64,000 nt of DNA, taken from contig CBDFNQ010000038.1 of NCBI GenBank assembly GCA_965250225.1, forward strand, positions 118,851-182,850, given 5' to 3'. Within the stretch, counting starts at the first letter, position 1, and each line of letters opens with the position of its first letter. The notes under the pieces were generated by a model. The model did no database searches. It was not told the DNA's origin and saw only the letters and a program-made list of their open reading frames with translations. A program made the translations under genes and the position numbers. This document shows, in pieces, positions 62,907 through 64,000 of the stretch. This stretch comes from Gammaproteobacteria bacterium. Its GTDB lineage: Bacteria > Pseudomonadota > Gammaproteobacteria > Eutrophobiales > Eutrophobiaceae.

Positions 62907-64000
62907 TTACCCCAACCAGATCCAGATCTGCAGTCTCGACCAATAAATCAATTCGTGGAACCAGATCCATAATAATTTTCTCTGTTCAACGTCAACCTTG
63001 GCGATCCCTTCCATTCCTGGGCGTAACAATGGGTTGTCGATAGCAATACTTGCTTCGACATGAAAAACATTTTTCCCATCCAGAGCCTCTGACACCGGTA
63101 ACAGCCGCTCCACTTTCAAGGCCAGGGTTTGATTCGGTAAACCAGTCAAGGCTAATTCACCTTCTGAACCGATATGAACTTCTCCAATATCCTGCTCATC
63201 GATCAAAATTCTTACCCGATAGGAATCCACCGGGGCAATTTGAAATATTTCCTGGCCGCTTTTCAAAGGCGAACCCAATAATTGACTTAAATCCCCTGAT
63301 ACAACCACACCGTCAAATGGAGCTGTGATCTGTGCACGTTGCAATTGTTCATCAAGAAGCTGCATCTTGACCTTGGTTTGTTTGATCTGTGCATTGGCTA
63401 TAGCAGCTTTGGATCGATCGTTCGGGTTAAGCAATCCTGCTCGATGCTGCATGATGAATTGCTCATACTCACTTTCAAGTCTGAATCGTTCAAGCTTTAT
63501 GTCTTTTGTATCCAACATGGCCAACACATTCCCTTTTTCCACCCAGTCACCCGCTCGAACAGATGAACTGTAAATATAGCCTTCTTGCGGGGAGGTAATG
63601 ATTTGCTTAAATTTCGCTTCAAGAATTGCTGGCGCTCGCAGTCGATAAACAGAGCTCTCTGTTGACAGATAAAACAATCCGGAAATCAATCCAACACATA
63701 AGATTTTTGCCAGCAAATATTTTGCACCAAGCAGCTGGGCAATGACATTCCAGATGTTATCCAGTATCTTAATAAAAAATGCTCGATCATGCTGATACTT
63801 CAATTCAAGAATTGGACCGAGCAATGCACCAACACTTTCACATAGTTCCTGCTTGTCGTGATTAAAACCACTGTCCTTTTGCATTTCAAAAGTCATTGCT
63901 CCAATAGGTTGTCCCGCACTATATAACGGGGTCGTAAAAACTAACTTTCCATTATTACGTTGAGATAGAACCTCCTGAGCAAAAGATACATGCGGAACAG
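62907..64000 (-). CDS. GAF-domain + HlyD-family membrane-fusion protein. Partial: 5' end beyond window.
   Basis: The reading frame stays open upstream of the ORF-track Met to the window edge (…VPHVSFAQEVLSQRNNGKLVFTTPLYSAGQPIGAMTFEMQKD…, GAF C-terminal signature). Then TM (ILCVGLISGLFYL), HlyD coiled-coil and barrel regions (…ITAPFDGVVVSGDL…). 4-nt spacing to the M50-HlyD gene. Confidence 0.7.
   Translation of the reverse strand, partial: VPHVSFAQEVLSQRNNGKLVFTTPLYSAGQPIGAMTFEMQKDSGFNHDKQELCESVGALLGPILELKYQHDRAFFIKILDNIWNVIAQLLGAKYLLAKILCVGLISGLFYLSTESSVYRLRAPAILEAKFKQIITSPQEGYIYSSSVRAGDWVEKGNVLAMLDTKDIKLERFRLESEYEQFIMQHRAGLLNPNDRSKAAIANAQIKQTKVKMQLLDEQLQRAQITAPFDGVVVSGDLSQLLGSPLKSGQEIFQIAPVDSYRVRILIDEQDIGEVHIGSEGELALTGLPNQTLALKVERLLPVSEALDGKNVFHVEASIAIDNPLLRPGMEGIAKVDVEQRKLLWIWFHELIYWSRLQIWIWLG

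Overview
The window reads as a chromosomal segment of a moderately AT-rich (~40% GC by eye) gammaproteobacterium. Core gene order is gamma-like: tpiA-secG-tRNA-Leu, scpA-scpB-rluB, yciO, yciB-yciI-bolA-like-dam, and a full 14-gene nuoA-N operon with nuoC and nuoD unfused. The content (a globin-coupled chemoreceptor, CHASE kinases with cyanobacterial-style HisKA, many GGDEF/EAL genes, a giant FG-GAP beta-propeller protein, IS debris and small palindromic repeats) suggests a large sulfur bacterium / Thiotrichales-like organism. That is inference only.

Minus strand, in order:
- A chemotaxis operon (cheY-cheA-cheW-MCP) runs off the window start. Its MCP is a soluble chemoreceptor with two tandem globin domains, four PAS-like modules, HAMP and the MCP signalling domain.
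- nuoN-nuoA, with a MITE-like ~330 bp element in the nuoE-nuoD spacer and a heptamer SSR at the nuoC stop.
- Five c-di-GMP turnover genes (TM-GGDEF-EAL, GAF-GGDEF, REC-GGDEF-EAL, cNMP-binding-EAL, PAS-GGDEF).
- A CheW-like protein carrying a CZB zinc-binding domain, tpiA-secG-tRNA-Leu(GAG), an HhH-GPD glycosylase, an M48 peptidase, an SH3b protein, rluB, scpBA and yciO.
- A 1.9-kaa DUF4347/FG-GAP/cadherin-like giant protein.
- An operon immediately upstream of the giant protein: GAF-HlyD (partial at the window end), a peptidase-M50 (S2P) :: HlyD-like fusion, and a truncated SecA-like ATPase.

Plus strand:
- sco1-PCuAC-psd.
- An internally deleted IS5-family element wedged between psd and nuoN.
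- An Hsp20 gene behind a sigma-32-like promoter.
- yciB-yciI-bolA-dam.
- A CHASE histidine kinase (frameshifted at its 5' end) with a single-domain response regulator.
- A decayed second dam copy.
- An outer-membrane-like protein.

No rRNA and no CRISPR. The most unusual feature is the SecA-like / S2P-MFP fusion / GAF-MFP operon directly upstream of the signal-peptide-less giant propeller protein, a candidate non-canonical export or processing system. Also unusual are the tandem-globin chemoreceptor and the repeat/MITE insertions inside the nuo operon.
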